64,000 bases of DNA, taken from contig CBDCTZ010000016.1 in assembly GCA_965222375.1 (NCBI GenBank), forward strand, positions 1,952,001-2,016,000. Direction: 5' to 3'. The stretch is from Polyangiaceae bacterium. GTDB taxonomy: Bacteria > Myxococcota_A > Polyangia > Polyangiales > Polyangiaceae. Under the pieces are notes generated by a model, which saw only the letters and a program-made list of their open reading frames with translations, had not been told where the DNA came from and searched no databases. Within the stretch, counting starts at the first letter, position 1. The number at the start of each line of letters is the position of its first letter. Position numbers and translations under genes: made by a program. Of the stretch, positions 49,092 through 59,313 are shown piece after piece.

Positions 49092-49231
49092 TTAGGAAGC
49101 ACGATATCCCATTTTCACGGTTCAAAACAGCGTGTTGTCCGCGAGGGCTCGAACAGCGACTGAAGCCGAAGGCGCCCCGCAGTTCCGCCATCTTGTGATG
49201 GGCCGTCTGGCCGTGCGAGCAGCGTCCCGCT

Positions 49232-49296
49232 GGCGAACGCTCTAGAGTAGTGGCCCAGCGACGGCCAGGGGCCGCGACCCCAAACCAAACTCGATC
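49232..49296. repeat. Imperfect ~65-bp direct repeat, copy B
   Basis: ggcgaacgctctagagtagtggcccagcgacggccaggggccgcgaccccaaaccaaactcgatc. Confidence 0.75.
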
Positions 49297-50419
49297 ATCC
49301 ACAAGCGTCTTGCGCGCTTGTCGTGGACGCATTGCCGGAATCCAAGAGCCGCGCGGGCAAGAGTGGGGCTGCCCAAGCTGGGGTTTCGCCAGTCGCGTGT
49401 TGTGCGGCCAGCTCTCCCAGCGCGGGACCGACGCTCATGCCGAAGCCGCCTAGCCCCGCGACCCAGATTAGGCCGGCGGCCCGGGGATCTGGGCCGACCA
49501 CCAGGCTGCGGTCGGAGGCGAACGTCCGTAGACAGGCCCAGCTGGTGCGCACGCGGGCTTCGGCCAGAGCGGGCGCCAGTGCTGCCAATCGCGAAGCAAG
49601 AAGCTCCAGGGCCGCCGGATCTCGAGGCGGAAGCTCGGCGCGCCAGGGAGTTTCGTCGCAAGGGCTGGCGAGTACGGCTCCCGACTCGGGACGAAAGTAG
49701 GTTTCCAGTTCTACGTCCCAGACCGTGGGCTGCTGGGCGGGGACGATGCTCGCACTCTCCAGCACCGCAAGGTGCCGGCGAATTGGGGTCAACGGTAGCG
49801 TGAGCCCGGCCTGCCTTCCCAAGTCGCGAGCCCAAGCACCGGCGGCAACTATCACCGCATCAGCGCAGAGGCGCTCGCCCGCGAGACTGACACCGACGAC
49901 CCGGTTGTCTTCGCGCAGCAGCTCCAGTGCGGGGGTGCTGAGGCGCAGGACGCCGCCGTCCGCCTTGATGCCGCGTTCGAGCTTGGTCGCGATGGCATGC
50001 GGGTCCACGACTCCAGCTGTCGGCACGAACAACCCATGGCGCGCGCGCCCACCGGCCAGCTGTGGGGCGTGCTCGTGAATGCCCGAAGCGGAGAGGGGCT
50101 GCGTGGCGACACCGTCCCGCGCGGCCACGCTGCGGAGTCTATCGAGGGAGGAGCTCTCGGCGGCTACGAGCAAGAGACCGCGTGGTTCGAGCCAGGGTTC
50201 GGACTCGAAGAGGGCGTTCAACAGCGCGTTGCTCTCGGAGGCCAGTCTGGCAATGCAGGGGGACGTTTCCAGAGGCCGAAAGATCGCGGCGTTGCGACCC
50301 GAGCTATGGGAAAAGCTCTGCGCTTCCTGCTCGACGATGATCGCGGCCACACCGCGGCGCGCGAGGGCCCAGGCCGTCGCGAGGCCTGCGATGCCTGCCC
50401 CGACTACGATTGCGCGCAT
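49295..50419 (-). CDS. FAD-dependent oxidoreductase (DAO/glycine oxidase family)
   Basis: IVVGAGIAG, SSGRNAA, IVAAGAW, WACLRT, GLGGFG. Confidence 0.92.
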   Translation of the reverse strand: MRAIVVGAGIAGLATAWALARRGVAAIIVEQEAQSFSHSSGRNAAIFRPLETSPCIARLASESNALLNALFESEPWLEPRGLLLVAAESSSLDRLRSVAARDGVATQPLSASGIHEHAPQLAGGRARHGLFVPTAGVVDPHAIATKLERGIKADGGVLRLSTPALELLREDNRVVGVSLAGERLCADAVIVAAGAWARDLGRQAGLTLPLTPIRRHLAVLESASIVPAQQPTVWDVELETYFRPESGAVLASPCDETPWRAELPPRDPAALELLASRLAALAPALAEARVRTSWACLRTFASDRSLVVGPDPRAAGLIWVAGLGGFGMSVGPALGELAAQHATGETPAWAAPLLPARLLDSGNASTTSAQDACG

Positions 50420-50577
50420 TGCCCGAGGGAGCCTAGGAGCCGAGCACGAGGCCGACCAGAGCGAGGACTTGGTTTCGACAAAAGCGCAATAACTTCAGCT
50501 GGTTGTCCTTTTGCGCTTGCCGCCGAGCAACGTTAGCACAAGCTTTCCGGCGCCTCGGCCCCGGCGCGAAGAGCGTG

Positions 50578-51675
50578 ATGTCCTCGAACCCAACTGCCCC
50601 TCGTGGCGTGATCGCGTGGCTCTGGATCACGTGCGCGCTTCTACTGGCGATGATCGTCGTCGGCGGTGTCACGCGCCTTACCGGCTCAGGGCTTTCGATC
50701 GTGCGCTGGGAGCCCATCATTGGCGCGTTGCCGCCGATGAGCGGCGCGGACTGGGAGCGGGTCTTCGCGTTGTATCGGGAAAGCCCGCAGTACTTGCTGG
50801 TCAATCAGGGCATGGACCTGGAGGGCTTCAAGAGCATCTTCTGGTGGGAGTACTTTCACCGCCTGCTCGGACGTAGCATCGGCCTCGTCGTGGGCGTGCC
50901 GCTGCTTGCGTTCTGGCTCACGGGGCGCATCGATCGTCGCCGCGCGCTGACCCTGCTCGGGATCTTCGCTCTGGGTGGGCTGCAGGGCTTTGTCGGCTGG
51001 CTGATGGTGAAAAGCGGTCTGATCAACCTACCTCAGGTCAGTCACTACAAGCTCACCTTGCACTTGGGAATCGGGTTCCTGATCTTCGCCCTGGTCGTGT
51101 GGCAGACCCTCTCGGTGACATTTGGCGCTTCTCGCGCGCGCTACGTTGGCCAGCTGGACCCAACGCTCCGCAGATGGTGTGTGGCTTTTCTGGGACTCGT
51201 CAGCGTGACGGTGCTCTATGGCGGACTTGTCGCAGGGCTCAGAGCCGGCCACGCGTTTCCCACGTTCCCCCGGATGGCGGGCCATTGGGTGCCACCGGGC
51301 CTGCTGGCCGCCGAGCCCCTGTGGCGTAACTTCTTGGACAGCGCTATCACGGTGCACTTCGTCCATCGCGTGCTCGCCCTGCTCGTCACCGTGGCAGCAG
51401 TGGCGATCGCTGCCCGGGCTTGGCGCGCACCGCAGGAGTTTGGCTTGCGTCGCGCCGCGGCGATTGTCGTGGTCGTGGTCGGCGCGCAGGTGGCGCTCGG
51501 AATCGCGACGGTCTTGCTCAGCGTCCCGGTGTGGGCTGGGGCGCTGCATCAGGTCAACGGCGCGCTACTCGTTGCCGCGACCCTCAACTTGATGCACGTG
51601 CTCGCGGCCCGCTTGCCTCAGGCGACGCCGCGAGTATCTCCAGCTGCTGTGACCGAAGCGGGCGAACCCGCCTAG
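50578..51675 (+). CDS. ctaA: Heme A synthase (COX15/CtaA)
   Basis: GGVTRLTGSGLSIVRW, FWWEYFHRLLGR, LTLHL, VHFVHR, ALHQ. Confidence 0.95.
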   Translation: MSSNPTAPRGVIAWLWITCALLLAMIVVGGVTRLTGSGLSIVRWEPIIGALPPMSGADWERVFALYRESPQYLLVNQGMDLEGFKSIFWWEYFHRLLGRSIGLVVGVPLLAFWLTGRIDRRRALTLLGIFALGGLQGFVGWLMVKSGLINLPQVSHYKLTLHLGIGFLIFALVVWQTLSVTFGASRARYVGQLDPTLRRWCVAFLGLVSVTVLYGGLVAGLRAGHAFPTFPRMAGHWVPPGLLAAEPLWRNFLDSAITVHFVHRVLALLVTVAAVAIAARAWRAPQEFGLRRAAAIVVVVVGAQVALGIATVLLSVPVWAGALHQVNGALLVAATLNLMHVLAARLPQATPRVSPAAVTEAGEPA

Positions 51676-51929
51676 GTCGTTTCTAGAGCGGCTTGATCTT
51701 CGCATCGGCCGTTCTGCAGCCCCTTCCCGTATTCGGGTACTTGGTCCCTGCGCTCGCGTGGTTGGGCCAGCTTCCGCCAACGCGCGCGGTGCAATTCAAG
51801 TCAGCGAAGCGTGGGGCATGTCCGTCGTGGTGCTCAGCTGACCTCGCAAGGCTCGCAGCCAGGATCTGGGCCATGTCGCCGGTTTGGGATCTGATTCGGG
51901 GCCTGCCACGCCTGGCGGTGGCGGCTGCC

Positions 51930-52286
51930 CTCACCCTGGCGAAGGTCAAGTCCTCGACGGCACCGATCTGGCCCCAGGGGTTTGCGCCGATGGCGGCTAG
52001 CGCTGTGCAAGCGTCTGTGCTGGCGCACGCGGGCGCGAGGCCAGCGGATCGCGATGCGACTGACCAGCGCAACATCGACTCCGTGACGAAGAAGAGCGGC
52101 GACATTTACAATTGCCTCCAGACATGCGTAGCGCCGAAGAACAAGCAGGTGCCGGGTGGATGGCCCACGCTGGCCGTCAACACCAAGACGTTTGCCGTAG
52201 TTGCCAACCCGAACGGTGACGACGATCACGATGGCTACTCGAATCTCGAGGAGCAACTTCACGCCTATGCGGCCAACGTCGAGTAG
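51930..52286 (+). pseudogene. C-terminal fragment of a pectate-lyase-like secreted protein
   Basis: VLAHAGARPADRDATDQR...GGWPTL...DDDHDGYSNLEEQL resembles a PL1 enzyme C-terminus; no catalytic N-terminal part. Confidence 0.6.
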
Positions 52287-52297
52287 GCGTGTGAGGG

Positions 52298-54637
52298 CTA
52301 GCGACTTCGCGCAGCCGCTGTCATCCCTTGCTCGGCGATGGGGCGCACCAAGTCTGCTGGCGCAATGAGCCAGGTTGGCTCCGCGACGTCTTGGGTTCGG
52401 TAGAAGCCGCCACAGAACACCCGGCGTGGGCATGGAGCGCATTCTTCGCGGAACTCTCGCTCGCTCTTCAGGTATTCGAACAAATTCACTTCTTCGTTGT
52501 CCACGAAGATCATGTGGCGCTCCAGCTTCATCATGTCGCCCACCACGAATTGCTCGTACCCGGGGAAGAAACACCAAGGCGCGTTGATGACAGCTAGTTT
52601 CATCTTGTCGCCATAGGCATCCAACACGCGCATGGTCTCCGCGGCCGCAGCTTTCTCATCGGGTGCCACCGTATTCGTGGCTCGGCCAAAGGGCGTGAGA
52701 AACTGGATGTTGAGCCAGTTCAAACCCAGGGACTGAACAAGCTCGGCGATGTCCATCAAGTGGCGATGATTCGAGAGGGTGACCGTGACGTTGGCACCGA
52801 GTTCCAGCGCGGGGCCGGCGTGGCGCTGGATGTTGGCAATCCCCTCTAGAGTTTGGTCGAAGGCTTCGGCGACACCAACGTTTGCCGCGTGGAGCCACGC
52901 TGTGTGCCCGTGCAGGCTGAAGAGGACGCTCGTCACGCCGCTCTTGCACAACTCTTTGGCGTACTCGGGGTATGCCGCCATGCGGCCGTTGGTCGTCACG
53001 TTCACTTTTTCGTAGCCGGCTTGACGTGCGAATCGGATCAGCGACAGCAGGCGAGGGTTCAGAGTCGGCTCGCCGCCGTCGAGATCGAGCAGCGTGACGC
53101 CGGCTTTGCGGTACTTGATCAACAGTTGTCGCTGCCGCTCGAAGTTGCCATCCAGCTGCGTACGCGTACCGACGGCGCAGAATGTGCAGTGGTTGTTGCA
53201 GCGATAGGTGACGTTCAGGATAGCCTTTTTTGGGCCTCCAGATGCCACGAGCCAGAGGTCGAAGGTCTGCTTGAAAGCCCGAAGGACACTTGGTGCGACG
53301 CACACGCTACTTGGGCTTGGGACTTGCTGGAAGCGTGGTCCCCAGTCTTTCACGACCTCTAGGGATCTTCTGCCGGGCGAGCTGAGCTGGGCTAGGCGAG
53401 TGCCTGCCAGAGGAGTCGCGAATTGAACGCTCGGGAAAGCACCGAAGCGTTCCTTGAGGGAGCGCGCGTATTCGAGGGTGCTGTTGATCTCGCTGGCGCG
53501 TTCACCGGGCAACCCGATCATGAAATGAACCAGCGTCGGCAGTTTTCGCTGCTGTGCTCCGCTGCACACCCGGTCGATGTTGGAAAGCTCCAGCTGTTTT
53601 TGGACGATCTCGTCGAGCACGCGCTGAACGCCACTTTCGGCGCTGATGCTCACTGTGGTGCTGCGACGGGCGAGAACGTCCAGGTGCTGGTCGAGCACGT
53701 AGTCGGCTCTGAGGCCATTGGGGATCTCGAGGGCGAGGTCCTGGGCGTCCAATGCCTCGAGCAATCCGTCGAAGTGGGCTTCGCCGACGTTGGCGAGTTC
53801 GTCCAAGACGATTGCCTTCTGCGCGCCGAGCTGTCGCAGGGCATCGAGGTGTTCCTTCAGGCGCGCGGGATCGAGCCGGCGTTGGCGCTTGGGAGTGTCC
53901 TCGCGGCGCCCTGGATTCGACGAGCAATGGATGCAGCGAAAGGGGCAGCCTCGGCTGGTCAACAGGGGCAGAGCACGTCCGGTAATCGGAAACGCCCAAC
54001 GGGTTCGGCCCAAGCGCGAGGCGACGCTCTCGTGGAACTGAAAGTAGGCCTCGACGTCCACTAGATCCCAAGCCGGCAGGGGGAGCCCGCTCAGGTCTTC
54101 AACTTCGCCGCCGTCTCGGACCAGCGGCGCGCTGGGGCGGCCGCTGGCGAGCTCGGTAGCCAGGTTGAAAAGCGCGTCTTCCGCCTCGTGTTTCAGAAGC
54201 GCATCGGCCATCGGATACTGCTCCAACAGTCCCTCGGAGTCATAGCTCACGTAGTGCTGGCCGGATTGATACAGGTCGGCCAGGAGGATAGGCAGTTCCG
54301 GGCGTCCGGCTCGACACGTCTTCAGCAACTCCAGCAAGAGAGGAGCCGCAAGGGGAGGGCGATGAAACGGAGACAGCTGGGCGACTAGCACGTCTGCATT
54401 GTGGACGGCAGCTTGCAGTGCGGATGCCACACGTGCCTCGGCGGCGCCTAGCACGACCTCGTCGTCGACATGCTCCAGGGTCGCGCCGGGTATAGCCAGC
54501 GCGTCTACGACCTGCACTCGGGCGCCCTGCGCTCGCAGACACGCTGCGGCTTGTACCGCCCCGAGATCGGCGAAATAGGGATAGTCGATGAAGTCCCGCG
54601 AAACACGGAGCGACGAGAAAAGAACCACCACGTGCAT
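52298..54637 (-). CDS. Radical SAM protein with two radical-SAM domains (B12-binding-type rSAM plus a second rSAM)
   Basis: LPLPAWDLV...TSRGCPFRCIHC...FMIGLPGE and YRCNNHCTFC...GGEPT...TTNG. Confidence 0.9.
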   Translation of the reverse strand: MHVVVLFSSLRVSRDFIDYPYFADLGAVQAAACLRAQGARVQVVDALAIPGATLEHVDDEVVLGAAEARVASALQAAVHNADVLVAQLSPFHRPPLAAPLLLELLKTCRAGRPELPILLADLYQSGQHYVSYDSEGLLEQYPMADALLKHEAEDALFNLATELASGRPSAPLVRDGGEVEDLSGLPLPAWDLVDVEAYFQFHESVASRLGRTRWAFPITGRALPLLTSRGCPFRCIHCSSNPGRREDTPKRQRRLDPARLKEHLDALRQLGAQKAIVLDELANVGEAHFDGLLEALDAQDLALEIPNGLRADYVLDQHLDVLARRSTTVSISAESGVQRVLDEIVQKQLELSNIDRVCSGAQQRKLPTLVHFMIGLPGERASEINSTLEYARSLKERFGAFPSVQFATPLAGTRLAQLSSPGRRSLEVVKDWGPRFQQVPSPSSVCVAPSVLRAFKQTFDLWLVASGGPKKAILNVTYRCNNHCTFCAVGTRTQLDGNFERQRQLLIKYRKAGVTLLDLDGGEPTLNPRLLSLIRFARQAGYEKVNVTTNGRMAAYPEYAKELCKSGVTSVLFSLHGHTAWLHAANVGVAEAFDQTLEGIANIQRHAGPALELGANVTVTLSNHRHLMDIAELVQSLGLNWLNIQFLTPFGRATNTVAPDEKAAAAETMRVLDAYGDKMKLAVINAPWCFFPGYEQFVVGDMMKLERHMIFVDNEEVNLFEYLKSEREFREECAPCPRRVFCGGFYRTQDVAEPTWLIAPADLVRPIAEQGMTAAARSR

Positions 54638-54735
54638 CGCGTCAGAAACAAGTGTTGCGCGAAGCTAGCGGGATTACCAGGCGAGGCCCCTGCGCGGCGC
54701 TTCCTACTTGACCCAGCGGGCCTGAGACGCATCAA

Positions 54736-55428
54736 ATGCCCGCCATGACGCGGGTCGTCCCCCTTCGCCCGAGCCACTTGCGAGGTCGTGCCCTTTGCGC
54801 CTCTGCCGCTGTGGTTTCGTGTCTGTGCTTTGGGGTGGCAAGCGTCCAGGCGCAGCCCGCGGAAAAGGACGACGAGGGCTCCTACATACCCGAGTACGAA
54901 CGGCGTAGTGATTTCGCAGGCGGCGTGTCCCTCAGCATCGCCGCGGCCTCCGCGAGTGGCTATCCCAACGAAGCCGGCAAGCTCGACAACCCGGCTTTCG
55001 TGGCGGATCCGGGAGTTGGAGTGGGAAGCTACTTTGCGGTTTGGGTAGGCGGTGCGCTGCGCGACTGGTTCACTTTCGGTCTCGGGCTCGCTGGCTTCGG
55101 TTACGAAGCCAATGGGCTTCAGACCACGGGCTCGGGCTTCATCGTCCGCGTCGAGACCTTTCCCATGTTCTATGCCTTCGAGGAGGGCCGCGACATCGGT
55201 GTGTATGGAACTTTCGGTCTCGGGTCGGCGAAGATCAAAGACGACGACGACGACCGCGCGGATGGGGGTGCAGTGAGCATCGTGGGCTTTGGTGTGTTCT
55301 ACGAACCATTGCGCTTCGGAAAGTTTTCGGCAGGTCCCACTGTGGAGTACACGCGCATCTTCAGTCAGAGCATGGACATGCAGTCCGCGAGTGCAGGCTT
55401 TCGCCTGGCGGTCTACGCCGGGCCCTGA
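54736..55428 (+). CDS. Hypothetical exported protein, probable outer-membrane beta-barrel
   Basis: Signal peptide; alternating aromatic/Gly beta-strand pattern; C-terminal FRLAVY. Confidence 0.6.
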   Translation: MPAMTRVVPLRPSHLRGRALCASAAVVSCLCFGVASVQAQPAEKDDEGSYIPEYERRSDFAGGVSLSIAAASASGYPNEAGKLDNPAFVADPGVGVGSYFAVWVGGALRDWFTFGLGLAGFGYEANGLQTTGSGFIVRVETFPMFYAFEEGRDIGVYGTFGLGSAKIKDDDDDRADGGAVSIVGFGVFYEPLRFGKFSAGPTVEYTRIFSQSMDMQSASAGFRLAVYAGP

Positions 55429-55541
55429 GTGACTTGCGACCAGCCCATGAGTGGAGCTGGTTTGGTTTGGTCGCGGGTTGGTCCGGCACTCGAACCCTAA
55501 TCCCGCCTTTGCACACAGCGTGGCGATTCCAAAGCAGGCGT

Positions 55542-56411
55542 TTACTGGCGCCAAACCCCGCTGACCACGCGATCGCGCTTTCCGTAGTCACGGCGGAGTC
55601 GGACTTCGTCGAAACCGCGCTCCTGGAACAACGACTGTACCTTCTGCCCGTGGTCGAATTGGATCTCGACCGCGAGGATGCCACCGTCAACCAGCCGCTC
55701 CGGAGCGTCAGCAACCAGGCGCCGCAGTATGTCGAGACCGTCGGAGCCGCCGTCGAGGGCGGATCGGGGTTCGAACTTCGATACACCCGCGTCGAGCCCC
55801 GGGATGTCCGCGCTCGGGATGTAGGGCGGGTTGGCGACCACAGCATCGAAGCGACGCCCAGCCGGCACTGCGGAAAAGAGATCCCCAGCGCGGAACTCGA
55901 CTTGATGCACGACGCCGAGATTCAGTGCGTTATGCCGTGCCACTTCCAGGGCGGCCTCGGAATTGTCCGTCGCCAGCACTTTCCAGGTGCGCCTCGTGCG
56001 TGCGAAGGCGATAGCTACGCAGCCCGAACCCGTACATAGATCCAACAGGTGCCCAAGCATGGATCGCGCTTCGGTGCGCTCGAGAGCCTCTTCGACGAGG
56101 GTTTCTGTATCCGGACGCGGGATCAGCACCGCCGGTGTGACGCGAAAGGGCAGTCCGTAGAATTCGCGCTCTCCCAAGATGTAAGAGATGGGCTCTCCCC
56201 CGCGCCGGCGCTTGATCTGCTCGCGAAAGGTCGTCAGCTCCTCAGCCGCTAGGGGCCGCTCGCGTTCCATGATTAGCTGGATGCGATTCAAGGACAGGGT
56301 CTGGCCCAAAAGCAGCTCTGCTTCCAGCCGTGGGCTATCGATGCCACGAGCGCGGAAGTCTTGAGTCGCCCACTGCACGACGCGGTCGATCGTCCACGCT
56401 TCGTTCGCCAC
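55542..56411 (-). CDS. prmC: Release factor glutamine methyltransferase
   Basis: EPISYILGEREFYG, VLIPRPDTE, LDLCTGSG, ANPPY, ALDGG. Confidence 0.96.
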   Translation of the reverse strand: MANEAWTIDRVVQWATQDFRARGIDSPRLEAELLLGQTLSLNRIQLIMERERPLAAEELTTFREQIKRRRGGEPISYILGEREFYGLPFRVTPAVLIPRPDTETLVEEALERTEARSMLGHLLDLCTGSGCVAIAFARTRRTWKVLATDNSEAALEVARHNALNLGVVHQVEFRAGDLFSAVPAGRRFDAVVANPPYIPSADIPGLDAGVSKFEPRSALDGGSDGLDILRRLVADAPERLVDGGILAVEIQFDHGQKVQSLFQERGFDEVRLRRDYGKRDRVVSGVWRQ

Positions 56412-56425
56412 GGAAGTCAGCTGTC

Positions 56426-57802
56426 TCAAGAGAGCGCGCTCAGTGCGCTCTTCACGCTGCTCTCGACCTCGGCTCGGACTTCGTCGAGCCGCTGTTGCGT
56501 GGGCGCTTCGAAGCGGAGCACGATGATGGGACCCGTATTCGAGGCACGAGCCAGTGCCCAGGCGCCGTCCCCGTAGGTGATGCGTACGCCGTCGATCTCC
56601 GACAGCTGCCCCTTCCCTCGTAGGGATGACTTGACCTGCTCCACGACTTTGAACTTGAGGTGGTCCGGACAAGCCGCGCGGATTTCCGGCGTACTGATCC
56701 CCGCCGGCAGGTCCGCGAGCAACTCCTTCACGGTCTTGCCGGTCCTGCTCAGGATTTCCACCAAGCGCAAGGCGGCATAGATCGCGTCATCGAAGCCGTA
56801 GTAGCGATCTGCGAAGAAGAAGTGCCCGCTCATCTCGCCCGCAAGCAAGGCCCCTTCCTGCTTCATCTTCGTCTTGATCAGGGAATGCCCCGTTTTCCAC
56901 ATGATGGGGCGTCCACCATGTTTGGAGATGTCGGCGAAGGTGTTGTGGGAGCACTTCACTTCGCCGATCACGGCCGCTCCCGGGTTGTCCTCCAGCACGG
57001 ACCGAGCGAAAAGCGCCAGTAGCCGGTCTCCCCACACGATTTCGCCGCTTGCATCGACGACTCCCACGCGATCCCCGTCACCGTCGAAGGCGATGCCTAC
57101 TCGAGCGCCCTCCTTCTTCACGGTTTTGATCAGGGTCTCCAGGTTCTTCGGAACCGTCGGGTCGGGGTGATGGTTTGGAAAGGAGCCGTCCATGTCACAG
57201 AAGAGGGGGATCGGGTCCAACCCGACGTGCCGGAAAGCGCGGACGCCCAGCGGCCCCGCTGCGCCGTTCCCGGCGTCGAGCACGACGCGCATGCTGTCGT
57301 CGCGGATGCTCACGCTGTCTCGGAGTTTGTTGAGGTATTCATCTTCGATCGGGATCGTCTGCAGCGACCCTCGCGGGCCCACCGGCGGAGTGTTGCTGTC
57401 GACTCTTTCGCGCAGCTTCTGAATGTCCTCACCGAAGAAGGACGCTTTGCCGCGCATGATCTTGAAGCCGTTGTCTTCACCGGGGTTGTGGCTACCCGTG
57501 ATCATGATGCCGCCGTCGGCGTCCAGATAGTGTACGCCGAAGTACAGTAGTGGCGTGGGTCCCAGACCGACGTCGATGGCATTGGCACCTCCGTCCACCA
57601 ATCCTTGCATCAGGGCCTCGAATAGCCGCGGCCCTGACTTCCTGCAGTCCCGTGCGACCACCAGTCGCGGCGGCTCGTTTTCCTTGCCGTCGGGGCGGAG
57701 CATGCGCGCTAGCCCGACACCCAGGGAGCGCACCAGGGGGTCGGTCAAGTCTCGATCCGCCACGCCGCGGATGTCGTACTCGCGAAAGACATGGGCAGTC
57801 AT
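56426..57802 (-). CDS. Phosphomannomutase/phosphoglucomutase
   Basis: FREYDIRG, ITGSHNP, FDGDGDR, GEMSGH, RASNT. Confidence 0.96.
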   Translation of the reverse strand: MTAHVFREYDIRGVADRDLTDPLVRSLGVGLARMLRPDGKENEPPRLVVARDCRKSGPRLFEALMQGLVDGGANAIDVGLGPTPLLYFGVHYLDADGGIMITGSHNPGEDNGFKIMRGKASFFGEDIQKLRERVDSNTPPVGPRGSLQTIPIEDEYLNKLRDSVSIRDDSMRVVLDAGNGAAGPLGVRAFRHVGLDPIPLFCDMDGSFPNHHPDPTVPKNLETLIKTVKKEGARVGIAFDGDGDRVGVVDASGEIVWGDRLLALFARSVLEDNPGAAVIGEVKCSHNTFADISKHGGRPIMWKTGHSLIKTKMKQEGALLAGEMSGHFFFADRYYGFDDAIYAALRLVEILSRTGKTVKELLADLPAGISTPEIRAACPDHLKFKVVEQVKSSLRGKGQLSEIDGVRITYGDGAWALARASNTGPIIVLRFEAPTQQRLDEVRAEVESSVKSALSALS

Positions 57803-57863
57803 GGTGGCGGGACCTTAGCGTATTGCGCCCAATTGCACAGTCGCTCCGCGTTTGGCACGGAGG

Positions 57864-58319
57864 CTAGCGCTCGTTCTGGGGCCGATAGGGTCGGGCCGGC
57901 GGAGAACAAGGGATCGGCCGGTTGCAGCGTGCCAGAATTTCCTGGTCGCTCAGGCCTGCTGTTTCGTTCGGATACCAGCGGGGAGGCGTATACAGCAGCG
58001 CGCCCAGCCCTCGCCCAGCCGACCAAGTCAGGCTTGGCGCCGCATAGTAGCAATCCTTCGGAGCCACGACCCATCCACCCGGTTGCCATTCCCAACGCCG
58101 CGCCTCCCAGTGGTAGTAGCCATCGAGCCACACGCAACGCCCGCCAGGATTGGTGCTCACAATTTCCGCGCGAGCCGGTGGTGGTGGGAATTCGGCGCTG
58201 TCGCTAGGCCACGCGTCCAGGTGAGAGCCGCGGGGTGGTCCGATCTTGTCGCGGCTGCACGCAGCCGCGAGCAGTAGCGCGAAGGACGCCACCCCTAGAC
58301 CACGAACAACCACTGCCAT
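57864..58319 (-). CDS. Lipoprotein with YXWGXW-like repeat
   Basis: LAAAC lipobox; CVWLDGYYHWEARRWEWQPGGW. Confidence 0.7.
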   Translation of the reverse strand: MAVVVRGLGVASFALLLAAACSRDKIGPPRGSHLDAWPSDSAEFPPPPARAEIVSTNPGGRCVWLDGYYHWEARRWEWQPGGWVVAPKDCYYAAPSLTWSAGRGLGALLYTPPRWYPNETAGLSDQEILARCNRPIPCSPPARPYRPQNER

Positions 58320-59263
58320 ACTGCCTCTTGGATTTGGGCGCCGAAGAGCAAATATTCGAGCATCGCAACGACTAAGAATGGACCGAAGGGAATGCGAGCG
58401 CGCCCCAGCCCTTTCTCCGGCTCGTAGAAGATCGGATCGGCTTCGAACTCCTCTAACAGTCGCTCCCTCTCTTCCCCCTCGAGGGCTTCTAGCTCGGCGT
58501 GCATGGCTTCTCGTTCCTTGATGACCGCCTCGGGCTCGTCGATCTTGCCGCGGGCGCCCATGACGAGAACGGCGACGGCGGTGCCCTGAACCGCGCCCGC
58601 TAAGAGCGCAAACACGGCGCCGGGCCACCCGAACCACGCGCCTGCGAGCATGGTGAGCTTTGCGTCGCCCAAACCCATGCCGGGTTGGCCTCGAAGTGCC
58701 CGATACAGCACGTCGAAGGGCAGCCAAATCATGACAAAGCCGATCCCAGCACCGATCAGTGAATGCACAAAGGGAACGTCGGGCCGCACCAGGGCTGAAA
58801 GGACACCGACCGCCGTGCCGCCAAAGGTGATCGCGTCGGGAACGAGCATATGCTCCAGGTCGATGAACGCGGCGGCGATCAACGCGAGTGCCAATGCCAG
58901 GTAGAGAGCAAACAAGCCCAGGGCCGAGAGCGCAGGCATGTTGCCTGGCAACGCCATGATGCGGGTTTGGAATACGGCGAAGCCAGCCAAGCCGCCGAGG
59001 GCTTCCACGAGAGGATAGCGTGGGGAGATCTTCGTCTTGCAACAGCGGGACTTACCCAGCAGCAGAATCCACGAAACCACCGGGATGTTGTCGAAGGACC
59101 GAATGGGCTCGCCACAACCTGGGCAGCGGCTGCCGGGGCGCACCACGCTCTGCCCCCGAGGCAGCCGATGAATCACGACATTCAGGAAGCTCCCGAAGGC
59201 CAGGCCCAGGGAGATTGCGACGAACGCCCAGAGTTCATAAGGCAGCTCGGCAAACAGCGGCAC
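58295..59263 (-). CDS. pilD: Prepilin peptidase (A24)
   Basis: GSFLNVVIHRLP, SRCPGC, IDLEH, GMGLGDAKL, IPFGPFL. Confidence 0.96.
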   Translation of the reverse strand: MPLFAELPYELWAFVAISLGLAFGSFLNVVIHRLPRGQSVVRPGSRCPGCGEPIRSFDNIPVVSWILLLGKSRCCKTKISPRYPLVEALGGLAGFAVFQTRIMALPGNMPALSALGLFALYLALALALIAAAFIDLEHMLVPDAITFGGTAVGVLSALVRPDVPFVHSLIGAGIGFVMIWLPFDVLYRALRGQPGMGLGDAKLTMLAGAWFGWPGAVFALLAGAVQGTAVAVLVMGARGKIDEPEAVIKEREAMHAELEALEGEERERLLEEFEADPIFYEPEKGLGRARIPFGPFLVVAMLEYLLFGAQIQEAVWQWLFVV

Positions 59264-59313
59264 GGGCCGAGACTAGCCTGGATCCGAGGCGCGTGCGCGC
59301 CTTGCTCCCGCGT

